From IMG/VR virus record IMGVR_UViG_3300037501_000009, positions 1-48,440 of that record: a stretch of 48,440 nucleotides of DNA. One strand, given 5' to 3'. Below the pieces are notes generated by a model that made no database searches, had not been told where the DNA came from, and saw only the letters and a program-made list of their open reading frames with translations. Shown piece after piece: positions 1-8,954 of the stretch. A program made the translations under genes and the position numbers. The stretch comes from a virus. Its lineage: Duplodnaviria; Caudoviricetes. How positions within the stretch are numbered: the first letter of the stretch is position 1; every line of letters starts with the position of its first letter.

Positions 1-1
1 C

Positions 2-436
2 GAGAGGATCCCTGTCTTGTTGCAGACGAAGGCCGCTCACTACGGAGTCTCGCTCGAACCGCAGATCGGTCCAGTGGATCTGACTGAGGTACAACTCTCT
101 TCAGAGCAATCCACGAAACCCGGAGACCACTGGAAGATCAACTGCCTCACAGAACAGGATGATGAGCACTACCACAACGATCATCGAGCAATCGAGTGGG
201 TCATACAGGGGTGCGAGAGCGGGAAGGACAGACGCCCGTTCGAGATCGGATGGGCGCGGTCGGTACGAGATGCCTGCTTGTCTGCCGGGGTGGCCTACTA
301 CCTGAAGCAGGTTCCCTTGGAACTGGTCAACGATCCGGGCATCCGATCCGAAGCCTCCAAGCTGTCCCGGGGCGTCTTGCACGAACCGTGGCTGGACGGG
401 AAGAAGCACTTGTCTCTTCCGTGGGAGGACCGGTGA
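2..436 (+). CDS. DUF5131 (phage Gp37/Gp68) family protein, 5'-truncated
   Basis: C-terminal motifs SLEPQIGPVDL, IEWVIQGCESG..RPF..WARSVRDAC..GVAYYLKQ; frame is open to the window edge. Confidence 0.8.
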   Translation, partial: ERIPVLLQTKAAHYGVSLEPQIGPVDLTEVQLSSEQSTKPGDHWKINCLTEQDDEHYHNDHRAIEWVIQGCESGKDRRPFEIGWARSVRDACLSAGVAYYLKQVPLELVNDPGIRSEASKLSRGVLHEPWLDGKKHLSLPWEDR

Positions 437-440
437 CGCG

Positions 441-764
441 ATGTGGGAAGCATACGGCAAAGGGAACAAGCGGGCGTTCAAGTCGGCGGTGAACCTCGTC
501 GGACGAACGATGATCAACATCGTCGAGTACAGAAGAATGGCCGGGGCCAAGAAGTTTCGTATGTGGTCCGCCTTCAAGGCGGACAAAGAGACCGGTCGTT
601 CCCGTGTCTTCGTCCGGTTGGAGTTCCGCACCCGAGATCTGCCGGATGTCTGGACGATTGTCTTCATCGACCAGTTGGTTCACAGGGATGACGCAGATCT
701 CGTGCTCGACATGGTTCTTCGGTGCTTCCCGAAGTGCAAGGGTCCGGAGGAGAAGCATGAGTGA
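441..764 (+). CDS. hypothetical protein
   Basis: 107 aa ORF with GGAGG RBS and phage-like codon usage. Confidence 0.6.
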   Translation: MWEAYGKGNKRAFKSAVNLVGRTMINIVEYRRMAGAKKFRMWSAFKADKETGRSRVFVRLEFRTRDLPDVWTIVFIDQLVHRDDADLVLDMVLRCFPKCKGPEEKHE

Positions 765-1170
765 GTGCGAGAAGGTGTGCGAGAACTGCGACTGGTTCAG
801 GACCCGAACGTTCTTCGGAAAGCAGGATGAAGGTGCTCTTGGGGGTACTCTTTTCTTGATGTGTTCGAAGGTCTGGGGGTACGAGGCTGTCGCTTTGCCT
901 TTGCCTGACGTGGAGACCCTTGTGAAGGACACGGGGAGGCTGCTAGCGCAACGAGAGGTGAATCGAGAGGAGCAACTCGGCAAGAGCCTGTTGTCTGACA
1001 AGAGTGCGTTTCTTGCACTGCTGACGAAGCGTGTTCGGGAAGCGGTGGACAAGGAACTGCTGGCAGACGAGGCAACGAGCGGTGGTTGGTGCCACGAGCG
1101 ACCGGGGAACCCGGTTCCTGTGGCGAAGGAACGCCCGGCGTGTGGTGCGTTCAAGGAGAAGCAGTCATGA
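757..1170 (+). CDS. hypothetical Cys-containing protein
   Basis: ATG 757 (MSECEKVCENCDWF) overlaps the upstream stop; GGAGGAG RBS. Confidence 0.6.
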   Translation: MSECEKVCENCDWFRTRTFFGKQDEGALGGTLFLMCSKVWGYEAVALPLPDVETLVKDTGRLLAQREVNREEQLGKSLLSDKSAFLALLTKRVREAVDKELLADEATSGGWCHERPGNPVPVAKERPACGAFKEKQS

Positions 1171-1583
1171 AGCAGGAAGATCCCGGGAAGTGGACGCAGG
1201 CCGAAGCACTTGCTCGGTTCATGCACGACAAGTACGAACTCCTCGCCGAGAAGATGGGGTGGAAGACGCAGGATTCCTGTCGCGGGCGGCGGTGGGAGGA
1301 CCTGCCGGAGGACAACCAGAAGGTGATGGTTGCTGTTGCCGAGGAGGTGATCCTCTGGGAGCAGTTGAACCTCAACGCCACGGTTTCTTCGGCCTTGGTG
1401 TTCGACCTCGCGAACGCGCAGCGAGAGGCACTCGAAGCGCGGCAGCGGGAGACGAAGATCCGAGAGGTGTTGACCACGGTTCGGATGCAGTTCGAGAAGA
1501 TGGCCGTACTGGACGGGATCCGGGTCGAGTTCGACAAGCTGGACGATATGGACGATCTGGGCAAGTCGGTGAGGTTGGCCTGA
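1167..1583 (+). CDS. hypothetical protein
   Basis: ATGA overlap with the previous gene; begins MKQEDPGKW. Confidence 0.6.
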   Translation: MKQEDPGKWTQAEALARFMHDKYELLAEKMGWKTQDSCRGRRWEDLPEDNQKVMVAVAEEVILWEQLNLNATVSSALVFDLANAQREALEARQRETKIREVLTTVRMQFEKMAVLDGIRVEFDKLDDMDDLGKSVRLA

Positions 1584-2383
1584 TGAACTTCAACTCGCAT
1601 CGAGCGATCACTAGGATGGTGGCGGAGCGCACGAATCTCCGCCGGAAGATCGGAGACGAGGCGGTCGAGGAGTTCGTCAAGTACTCGACGGCTCCGGACT
1701 ACATGGAAGATGTTCTCTTCCAGTTCGGAGGAAAGTTGTATCCGGACTTCCTCGGGCACAGGTACGCCGCGTTCAATCACTTCGTCCGCCCAACCGGCAA
1801 CATGAAGTACATGGGCTACCTCCTCGGCAAGGACGGGTCGATCACGAAGTTCAAGAAGCCGAAGGGCCTCTGCGTGGTCGTCGTGAACGAGAGCGCGTGG
1901 AACGACGTGCTGGTCCCGGTGAAGCAGCGAACGATCCATCCTCTGCGGTCCCTGATCGAACTTCCGGGCTACACGAAGGTCCCGTGGTTGGTCACATACC
2001 CGACTGCCGCGAACATGGGACAGTGGACGTTTGACAACCGTATCCGGTCTCTGTGGTGGCGCGCTGCTGCTTGCGATGGACATGACGGGTGCGATTCGGT
2101 GGTCTATCACCACGCTCGGGGTCTGTTGTTCGACGGACACCAAGCCTACGAAGGCAGCATCGATGAGACCGTCATGAAGGACGGCGAGGCGATCTGCGAC
2201 AAGAACTGGGACAAGATCGCTGCCGAAGTGGAGAAGATCGGGTTGCTCTCGATTCGCGAGATCATCGAGCGGCAGGCAGAGATCACTGGGGCGTGGAGCA
2301 GGAAGCCGCCGACCGAGTGGTGCATCCGCTACGGCCTGAAGGTCGTGTTGCAGGTGCTCAACACACACCTTGCTGCTGCGTAG
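1583..2383 (+). CDS. putative Zn-dependent phospholipase C / S1-P1-fold phosphoesterase
   Basis: N-terminal His (MNFNSH), APD, HF, H-x3-D-x4-HH and H-x2-YE are spaced like the Zn ligands of the PLC/P1 fold. Confidence 0.45.
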   Translation: MNFNSHRAITRMVAERTNLRRKIGDEAVEEFVKYSTAPDYMEDVLFQFGGKLYPDFLGHRYAAFNHFVRPTGNMKYMGYLLGKDGSITKFKKPKGLCVVVVNESAWNDVLVPVKQRTIHPLRSLIELPGYTKVPWLVTYPTAANMGQWTFDNRIRSLWWRAAACDGHDGCDSVVYHHARGLLFDGHQAYEGSIDETVMKDGEAICDKNWDKIAAEVEKIGLLSIREIIERQAEITGAWSRKPPTEWCIRYGLKVVLQVLNTHLAAA

Positions 2384-2391
2384 GAGGATCG

Positions 2392-2679
2392 ATGCCCGCA
2401 GGAAGTACGACGGCTCCTGTTCGCACGACTTCGACGTTTGCCGGATCTGAGATTCGTCAGGGCCGGAGGACTCCACGGTATCCGAGGATCGGGGACGTGG
2501 TGTACGTGCTGATCTGGAACTACGACTGGATGTAGGCGTGCTACCAAGTCACGAACATCGACTACTCTCGCATGACCGTCCGTCTGGTAGACGGTAGTGA
2601 GGAGTCGATCCGCGCGATCTGCTTCTCGCAGGAAGAGGTCGAAGCCCGCATCGAGTGGATCAAGAGACGAGAACGCTAG
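2392..2679 (+). pseudogene. small gene interrupted by an in-frame TAG (2533-2535)
   Basis: AGGAGG RBS + ATG. Coding-like sequence continues in frame: ...IGDVVYVLIWNYDWM*ACYQVTNIDYSRMTVRLVDG...RRER*. Confidence 0.55.
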
Positions 2680-2690
2680 CCTCCTACCTC

Positions 2691-2719
2691 TTGACAACTT
2701 CTTCGTGACGTGGTACTCT
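2691..2719 (+). promoter_or_regulatory. sigma70-type promoter with extended -10
   Basis: TTGACA-17 nt-(TGG)TACTCT. Confidence 0.75.
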
Positions 2720-2739
2720 CTGGTTCGAGAGGTGGGAGC

Positions 2740-3003
2740 ATGGCCGAGAAGGTTCCAAGGGTCATCACGAAGGACTGGGTGGACGACGTTGCTCCGACCC
2801 ACGGGCGGACTTCGTGCAGCGATGCGGACCTTGCCAACGCTTCCGGCGGGTGGACCGGGGAGTTCGATGTTCGCACGGGGAAGAAGAAGATCGACTACCC
2901 CCGGTGCTCCCGGTGCTACCTGTTGGACCACGTAGGAGAGAGGATCGACAGCCTCGATTTCGAGGTCCGTGTTGCTGTTGCCTTGGACTGGAAGGAGAAG
3001 TAG
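2740..3003 (+). CDS. hypothetical protein (CxxC)
   Basis: GAGGTGG RBS; begins MAEKVPRV; contains CSRC. Confidence 0.65.
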   Translation: MAEKVPRVITKDWVDDVAPTHGRTSCSDADLANASGGWTGEFDVRTGKKKIDYPRCSRCYLLDHVGERIDSLDFEVRVAVALDWKEK

Positions 3004-3648
3004 ATGGACCGGAACAAGTACAAGTCGTCCGTACCCGCAGGCGCGAAGGGTGTCTGGAAGGTCGAGAAGTACACCGTGAGCGAGAGCGCCGCACAGTTGG
3101 ATGCGCTGCGGTCTGCCATCCACGGGTCCGGTCGATTCGTTCCTCCGGGCGAGTACACCAAGCTGTCCCGCAACGGGGAAGTGATCATGTCCGACACGCC
3201 GGACGAGTGCCACGACTTCTGGCAGTTCGAGCACAAGGCGACGGGCGTGGTGCTGATCAACGGACTCGGCCTCGGAGTCTGCGCGCAGGCGGTTCTGCGG
3301 AAGCCCGAAGTGCAGTCGGTCACGGTCATCGAGTTGTCGCAAGACGTGATCGACCTCGTGGCTCCGCACATCGCGGATCCACGCCTCACGGTGATCTGTG
3401 CGAGTGCCTACGACTGGCAGCCGCCGAAGGGTGTCCGCTACAACGCCGTGTGGCACGACATCTGGGACAACCTCTGCACGGACAACCTCGTGGAGATGGC
3501 TCGGCTGCATCGGAAGTACGCTCGCCGCTGCGACTGGCAGGGATCGTGGGGGAAGGAGATCCTCCGCTACCGCAAGCGGCAAGAGGACCGGGAGATGGAG
3601 TCCCTGCGCTACTTCCGGACGATGGCTGGTCTGCATAAGGAGGCGTAG
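3004..3648 (+). CDS. class I SAM-dependent methyltransferase, spermidine-synthase-like
   Basis: VLINGLGLG motif I, VTVIE acidic motif II, AYDW, WHDIW. Confidence 0.75.
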   Translation: MDRNKYKSSVPAGAKGVWKVEKYTVSESAAQLDALRSAIHGSGRFVPPGEYTKLSRNGEVIMSDTPDECHDFWQFEHKATGVVLINGLGLGVCAQAVLRKPEVQSVTVIELSQDVIDLVAPHIADPRLTVICASAYDWQPPKGVRYNAVWHDIWDNLCTDNLVEMARLHRKYARRCDWQGSWGKEILRYRKRQEDREMESLRYFRTMAGLHKEA

Positions 3649-3650
3649 TC

Positions 3651-4691
3651 GTGAGCAGTCTGATTGTTCCGGTCACCCGGATCTCACAGGTTCGTCCGCA
3701 TCCGGCAGCGGATCGGCTGGAGATCGCAGACGTGCTCGGGTGGCAAGTCATCGTTCCGAAGGGAAGGTACAAGGACGGGGACCGTGTGGTGTTCTTTCCG
3801 CCCGACAGCGTTCTGACGCCCGAGTTGGCGGACAGGTTCGGGGCGACGAAGTACCTCGCCAACGGTCGCGTGAAGTGCGCCAAGCTGCGGGGAGAGCCGT
3901 CCTACGGGCTGGTCGCGGATCTCGACGACCCTTCGTGGACCGAGGGAGCGAACGTTGCGGACCACTACGGGGTGACGAAGTTCGTTCCTCCCGTTCGGTC
4001 AGAGATCGATGCGGAGGAGGAGCACGTTCTGTTCGACCGCTACACGTCCATTGAGGACCTGCGGAACTTCCCCAACGTGCTTCAGACGGGGGAGGAGGTC
4101 GTCGCAACCGAGAAGGTGGACGGGACGAGTAGCCGGATCGGGCGCGTGCGCGACGTGGACAGGTACATGCTCGGGTCACATGACATGCAGAGGAAGTCTC
4201 TGCCGCCCGGATCCGAGGAGAGCATCCAGCGGGTGAACTACGCGCTGCCGATGGACCTGTTCGGCGTGCGAAATCTACTCGAAACGTGGGGTTCGTTCGA
4301 GCGCAACATCATCCTGTTCGGCGAGATCTTCGGACCGAAGTTGGGGGACTTCAACTACGGGAGGAAGGCGCGCGATTTCTTGGCGTTCGACCTGATGGCT
4401 GACAGCCGGTACTTGGACTTCGACGTGTTCAAGACCCTCATGGACCAGTACAAGATCCCGACAGTTCCCATCGTGTACCGAGGACCGTTCGACATGGCGG
4501 TCCTTCGCAAGCTGGCGGATGAGACTTCCTCTGTCGGCGGTGAGAAGTACCGCGAGGGTCTGGTCGTGCGACCGGTGAAGGAGAGGAAGCAGGAGTTCGG
4601 TAGGGACTCTTACGCCGTCCGGCGCGTGATCTTCAAGCTGAAGGGCGACAAGTATCTCACGGGAGGCCATACGGACTTCAAGGACGTGTGA
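3651..4691 (+). CDS. RNA ligase, DRB0094/Rnl5 family
   Basis: N-terminal OB domain (HPAADRLEIA..GWQVIV..GDRVVFFPPDS), adenylation motif EKVDGTS, FGEIFG, FDL, REGLVVRP, FKLK. Confidence 0.9.
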   Translation: MSSLIVPVTRISQVRPHPAADRLEIADVLGWQVIVPKGRYKDGDRVVFFPPDSVLTPELADRFGATKYLANGRVKCAKLRGEPSYGLVADLDDPSWTEGANVADHYGVTKFVPPVRSEIDAEEEHVLFDRYTSIEDLRNFPNVLQTGEEVVATEKVDGTSSRIGRVRDVDRYMLGSHDMQRKSLPPGSEESIQRVNYALPMDLFGVRNLLETWGSFERNIILFGEIFGPKLGDFNYGRKARDFLAFDLMADSRYLDFDVFKTLMDQYKIPTVPIVYRGPFDMAVLRKLADETSSVGGEKYREGLVVRPVKERKQEFGRDSYAVRRVIFKLKGDKYLTGGHTDFKDV

Positions 4692-4704
4692 GAGGATAGA
4701 GAAG

Positions 4705-4908
4705 ATGAAGCGGTTTGTGGTCTGCGGGTACAACAACGAACTGATTCTGGCGAAGGTCGAGGCCGTTACGGCGGAGTCGCGGGAGAAGGCCGTCGACAAG
4801 ACGGACGGGGTGAAGGCTTGGGACTACCAGACCGTGATCGTGATGACCGAGGCCGAGGCCCGGAGGATCGGTCGTTGCGGTGAGACGAAGAAGAGGAGGA
4901 AGGCATGA
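4705..4908 (+). CDS. hypothetical protein
   Basis: 67 aa ORF with RBS. Confidence 0.55.
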   Translation: MKRFVVCGYNNELILAKVEAVTAESREKAVDKTDGVKAWDYQTVIVMTEAEARRIGRCGETKKRRKA

Positions 4909-5196
4909 GCGGAAAGAAGACGAGGGGACGGAATCTGGCATCCGACATCAGCCTCTTGGCCGACTTCTACGAGAAGGCGGACAAGAAGCGTAGGTTGGAC
5001 ACCGATCGCATGTGGAAGCGGGTCGAGGCCGGGAAGGACAAGCTGCCGTGCGAGCACGGTCGGTTCATGAACGACCCTCGTCTGCGTGTACTACTCGGAA
5101 CTGGTTCGTGGTCCTGCCTTCTACGACCACTTCAAGGATTGCCCCGGGTTGGTCATCCGTGAGAAGTTCCTCCCGTATCGGTCGTTGACAAAGTAA
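4905..5196 (+). pseudogene. hypothetical gene with probable frameshift near 5070
   Basis: After ...CEHGRFMN the GC3-rich coding signal moves to another frame (5071-5196, TTLVCVYYSELVRGPAFYDHFKDCPGLVIREKF...). The original frame then has atypical codons. Confidence 0.45.
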
Positions 5197-5219
5197 TCCC
5201 GACGCGATAGACAGAACGA

Positions 5220-5705
5220 GTGCAAGGTCGCTACCAGAACAACGAAGGGTACATCCGGGTACTGGTGGGCGGGAAGTTGGTACTGGAGCATCGTCTGATC
5301 GCGGAAAAGTCGTTGGGAAGGCGGTTGAGTAGGAGTGAGGTTGTCCACCACATCAACGGAGACAGGTCGGACAATCGACCAGAGAACCTCAGCGTGTTCA
5401 CAACCGGGAGCGATCATGGAAAGGCACACGGAAAGGTACGAACAGAGAAGTCTTTGATCCGTCTGTTGTGTCCGAAGTGCGGAAAGGAGTTCTTTCGGAG
5501 GGCCTCCAGAGTTCGCTTTGATCGGAGGCAAGGAAGAGAGCCGTGTTGTTCACGATCCTGCGCTACAGGATCGGGGCTTCCTGTTCAGCACGGAACGCTA
5601 GCAGGGTATTTCCGCTGTGGTCCTCCTCGCTGTGCTGAATGCAAGGAAGCGATGCGTCTCTACAAGAAGGCGTATCGAGATAAGCCCCAATCGGCCAGAG
5701 GTTAG
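5220..5705 (+). CDS. HNH homing endonuclease with C-terminal Zn-finger/DNA-binding region
   Basis: EHRLIAEKSLGRRL..EVVHHINGDRSDNRPENL; CPKC...CCSRSC. Upstream TTGACA at 5185. The 3' end overlaps a tRNA. Confidence 0.9.
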   Translation: MQGRYQNNEGYIRVLVGGKLVLEHRLIAEKSLGRRLSRSEVVHHINGDRSDNRPENLSVFTTGSDHGKAHGKVRTEKSLIRLLCPKCGKEFFRRASRVRFDRRQGREPCCSRSCATGSGLPVQHGTLAGYFRCGPPRCAECKEAMRLYKKAYRDKPQSARG

Positions 5706-5755
5706 GCTACCGGACCTTCAATCCGGCAACGGGAGTTCGAGTCTCCCTTGGGGCG
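5684..5755 (+). tRNA. tRNA-Glu(TTC) with non-canonical C33
   Basis: Acceptor GCCCCAA/TTGGGGC, anticodon arm CCGGA-CCTTCAA-TCCGG, T arm GGGAG-TTCGAGT-CTCCC; no encoded CCA. Confidence 0.8.
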
Positions 5756-5775
5756 CTACCCGAAACTCCAAGGAA

Positions 5776-5804
5776 CCTGCAACTGACGGCTCTTCAGTTG
5801 CAGG
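5776..5804 (+). terminator. stem-loop after tRNA
   Basis: Perfect 11-bp inverted repeat CCTGCAACTGA-7 nt-TCAGTTGCAGG; U-tract is weak. Confidence 0.45.
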
Positions 5805-5878
5805 AGAGTTTCGACATGCCTGTTTCGTCGGAATCGAGGATGCCCTAGAACTGACGTTTCTGGTCGTGTTCTTTCTTC

Positions 5879-5907
5879 TTGACAACAGCAAACCGACGTG
5901 GTATGTT
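5879..5907 (+). promoter_or_regulatory. sigma70-type promoter with extended -10
   Basis: TTGACA-17-(TGG)TATGTT. Confidence 0.75.
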
Positions 5908-5929
5908 CGGATCGAAAGGATGAGGTAGC

Positions 5930-6145
5930 GTGGCAACGGGTCGTGAACAGCAGGTGTTGAGGCGGATGGCGGTGTTGGTCCGTCGGTGCAAGGAACCGAC
6001 TCCGCACTACGAAGGGGACTTCGCGAACGGGTACGACATGGGGCAGTCTGGAGTCGGGTCCAGCATGGATGAGATCTTGACCGAGGTCTTCGGTGAGGAG
6101 TGGGAACGCGCCAAGACCGAGGTACAGAAGGAGACCGGACGATGA
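5930..6145 (+). CDS. hypothetical protein
   Basis: GAGG RBS, 71 aa. Confidence 0.6.
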   Translation: MATGREQQVLRRMAVLVRRCKEPTPHYEGDFANGYDMGQSGVGSSMDEILTEVFGEEWERAKTEVQKETGR

Positions 6146-6411
6146 AGGCACGGATCATCAGGGCTGACGGGACGGAAACCGAGGTCGAGCCGAAGAACGG
6201 GACCGACTTCTCCTTGGAGGAGATGCAGAAGATCGTCGGCGGGTACATCGAGATCGTCCACGTTCCTCGTTCTCGGGATCTCATCGTCCTGAACGAGGAG
6301 GGCAAGCTGGAAGGTCTGCCGCTGAACCAGAAGGCGACCGCTCTGTACGCGAACCCGATGGACTGCATCGTGGGCAACGTGCTGGTCTGTCCGTCCGACA
6401 TGGTGAAGTAG
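6142..6411 (+). CDS. DUF3846 family protein
   Basis: LEEMQKIVGGYIEIV...LNEEGKLEGLPLNQKAT...IVGNVLV. Confidence 0.8.
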   Translation: MKARIIRADGTETEVEPKNGTDFSLEEMQKIVGGYIEIVHVPRSRDLIVLNEEGKLEGLPLNQKATALYANPMDCIVGNVLVCPSDMVK

Positions 6412-6420
6412 GAGAGTCCG

Positions 6421-6798
6421 ATGAGTCGTTGGTTACGAGGAAACGAGGTCGAGTTCGTCACCACCATCGAGTTGCCGAAGGTCCGCGATGAGCGGGGCCG
6501 GTTCACGTCGGAGACCGAAGATGTGGAGGTCACGGTTCGTGCCTGCGTGACGCCACCGACGAAGCCGACTCTCCGTGCGGACCCCGACGACTGCGACCCG
6601 GGAGACCCCGGCGAGTTCGAGGTCCTGTCCGTGACCCGGAACGACACGGGAGAGGACATCACGAACAGCGTGGACCACGACCAGTTCGAGGACCGTGGCT
6701 TCGAGCAGGCCAAGGATGACGAACAGGGTGCCTACGAGGCTGCGATGGAAGCGCGGGCCGATGCCGCTCGCGAGCGTGCCTACTTCGGAGAGGACTGA
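6421..6798 (+). CDS. hypothetical acidic protein
   Basis: 125 aa ORF with AGGAG RBS. Confidence 0.65.
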   Translation: MSRWLRGNEVEFVTTIELPKVRDERGRFTSETEDVEVTVRACVTPPTKPTLRADPDDCDPGDPGEFEVLSVTRNDTGEDITNSVDHDQFEDRGFEQAKDDEQGAYEAAMEARADAARERAYFGED

Positions 6799-6826
6799 TC
6801 GCGCTGAGGCGCGAAGGAGGAACGAG

Positions 6827-7381
6827 ATGAAGCAGAGCAAGAGCGAGAGGGCGATGCGGGCGGTCAACGGGGCGCAGGCGGTGGCGGAGCGGGCCGAAGC
6901 CGCCACGACGAAGGCCGTGGCGAAGGCCGAGGGCATCCAGAAGGAGATCGCCACGCTCGCCGAGGGGCACGAGAAGTTCGAGACCGAGATCCGGCAGACC
7001 TTCGAGGCCGGGTGCAAGGCGCTCGACGAACGCATCGACGCTCTGACGGCTCCCCTGATCGAGGAGGGGAAGCGGATCGCTGCCGAGATCGAGAAGGTGA
7101 AGGAGGCGGGCAAGACCGCTCGGGACGAGTTCAAGGCCGCGTCCGAAGCGGTGTTCACGCAGATGAAGGAGGTCACCGACAAGCTGGTGGCGGCGAAGAC
7201 CGAGGCGCAGTCGATGACCGGCGTGTGCGAGGAGTCCGTGAAGCAGGTCCACTCCGCGAGGGGCGTGCTGAAGGACGCGGTGCTTCGCCTGAACGAGGTG
7301 ATGGGTCTGAACGGCGGAACCACGCCTCCGGTGGAGCCGCTGGCCCCGATCCCGGTCGTTCCCGAGGGCAGCGGGAGCTAG
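6827..7381 (+). CDS. coiled-coil protein
   Basis: AAGGAGG RBS; Ala/Glu/Lys-rich heptad-like sequence. Confidence 0.7.
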   Translation: MKQSKSERAMRAVNGAQAVAERAEAATTKAVAKAEGIQKEIATLAEGHEKFETEIRQTFEAGCKALDERIDALTAPLIEEGKRIAAEIEKVKEAGKTARDEFKAASEAVFTQMKEVTDKLVAAKTEAQSMTGVCEESVKQVHSARGVLKDAVLRLNEVMGLNGGTTPPVEPLAPIPVVPEGSGS

Positions 7382-7383
7382 TA

Positions 7384-7611
7384 ATGAAGGTCACGTTCGA
7401 GGTCAAGCGAGCGTCTGTACTCACGGGAGACGGATCGGACAAGATCCTGTTGACCGTGGAGGCTGCTTCCCCGATCTGGCCGTTCGATGCCGGAACCGCG
7501 CATCTCAGCATCGATGCAGCCCACGGGATGGGTAAGCAGTGGCTCGACGAGAACTTCCCCGAACTGGGCACGATGGCAGAGGTCATCCGCACGAGAGGGG
7601 GACCCCGGTGA
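7384..7611 (+). CDS. hypothetical protein
   Basis: Begins MKVTFEVKRAS; tightly packed with neighbours. Confidence 0.6.
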   Translation: MKVTFEVKRASVLTGDGSDKILLTVEAASPIWPFDAGTAHLSIDAAHGMGKQWLDENFPELGTMAEVIRTRGGPR

Positions 7612-8123
7612 GTAGCTACTTCGATGCGATCATGGCGCAGTTCCGGGACATCTCCTTTCTGCCGGAAGAGGACTTCCTCGAACGAGCGGTGGAGATCGAG
7701 ACGCAGGTCATCCGCGAGGTGTCACTGACGACCGGCGACAAGGAGTTCCCCGACGACCTGCGAGAGAAGATCCAGTCTTGCATCGCGGTCTGGTCCTACG
7801 ACTACGAGCAGTACGCTTCGGGTGGTCACCCGCGCGAGCGGAAGATCCCGATCAACGAGAACGCGAAGCACTGGCTTCTGACCATGCGCTACTCGCGCAT
7901 GTGCGAGTCCCTGCACACGCTCTTCCACGAAGTCGCGGTCCGGAAGATCGAGCATCGGTTCGGCGGGTTCTTCTCCGACAGCCCGGAGGGGTTCCTGAAG
8001 GTGCGGGATTCCTATCTCGCGGAGCACGGTGCGTCCCTGCACTACGCCACGGAGGAGAAGCCCCGGTGCCCGGCGTGCGAGGCCGAGATCCCGACGCGCC
8101 CGGGAAAACCGTCCGACGGTTGA
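7608..8123 (+). CDS. hypothetical protein with C-terminal CxxC
   Basis: GTGA overlap start; typical codon usage. Confidence 0.65.
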   Translation: MSSYFDAIMAQFRDISFLPEEDFLERAVEIETQVIREVSLTTGDKEFPDDLREKIQSCIAVWSYDYEQYASGGHPRERKIPINENAKHWLLTMRYSRMCESLHTLFHEVAVRKIEHRFGGFFSDSPEGFLKVRDSYLAEHGASLHYATEEKPRCPACEAEIPTRPGKPSDG

Positions 8124-8166
8124 CCGGTCTTGACAATCTGAACCGATCATGGTACAGATTGCCTTC

Positions 8167-8577
8167 ATGAAGATTCTCGTCGATGCTGACTCGTGGGATG
8201 CGATGCGGGATGCGGCGGAGATCGCCATCGAGGGGGGAGAAGCCTCCCGGTTCTCGGACGTGGTGATCGAGACCTTGGAGCAGAGGATCGACGGGATTCA
8301 GACGGCGTTCTCGAAGAAGGGCCGGGGAGACGTGAGCGAGGAAGTCGAGTCGTTCGTTGTCGACTGGCTGGAGGAAGGATCAAGCAACGCGCCGGAGAAG
8401 CTGATCGACGCGCTGATCAAGTACATGAAGGAAGCCGGGGTCCTCCTTGTCGTTCCGTCCTCGAAAGAGGATGATGGCAAAGATGAGGAAGAGGACTCGG
8501 CGCTGGAAGATGATGAACTGTTCGGGGAAGGTGAACTGGACGAAGACGACGAAGTGCTGGACGACGACGATCTGTAG
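8167..8577 (+). CDS. highly acidic hypothetical protein
   Basis: D/E-rich tail; TTGACA at 8130 just upstream suggests a near-leaderless mRNA. Confidence 0.7.
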   Translation: MKILVDADSWDAMRDAAEIAIEGGEASRFSDVVIETLEQRIDGIQTAFSKKGRGDVSEEVESFVVDWLEEGSSNAPEKLIDALIKYMKEAGVLLVVPSSKEDDGKDEEEDSALEDDELFGEGELDEDDEVLDDDDL

Positions 8578-8848
8578 GCGTGGTCCGTCCTGCGGGACGG
8601 GGTGATACCACTGATCGACAGGATGCAACGATGAGGAGTGAGGTACAGCATGATGCGTTGTCGATCGCCTCCGTGAATGGGACTGATTTGAAATCTTTGA
8701 CGTGCTCGGCTGTGTGCAGGATTGGATAGTACGATGTGGAGTTCAGTCGTTCGAAACCCAGAACTAGGCTCGGCATGGTGCCGGACCGTTCTGGAAGGCA
8801 CTGGCCGGGCAAATACGGATCAGGGGGCGGCGCATGGTCGCCCCCGCT

Positions 8849-8932
8849 GCCCGAGTGGCGGAGCAGGCAGACGCGCCGGATTCAAAATCCGGTGCCCGCA
8901 AGGGCATGAGGGTTCGACTCCCTCCTTGGGCA
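8849..8932 (+). tRNA. tRNA-Leu(CAA)
   Basis: GCCCGAG/CTTGGGC acceptor, CCGGA-TTCAAAA-TCCGG anticodon arm, long variable arm, GGTTCGACTCC T loop. Confidence 0.95.
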
Positions 8933-8954
8933 CTGAGGTCGTGATGTTCGATAC

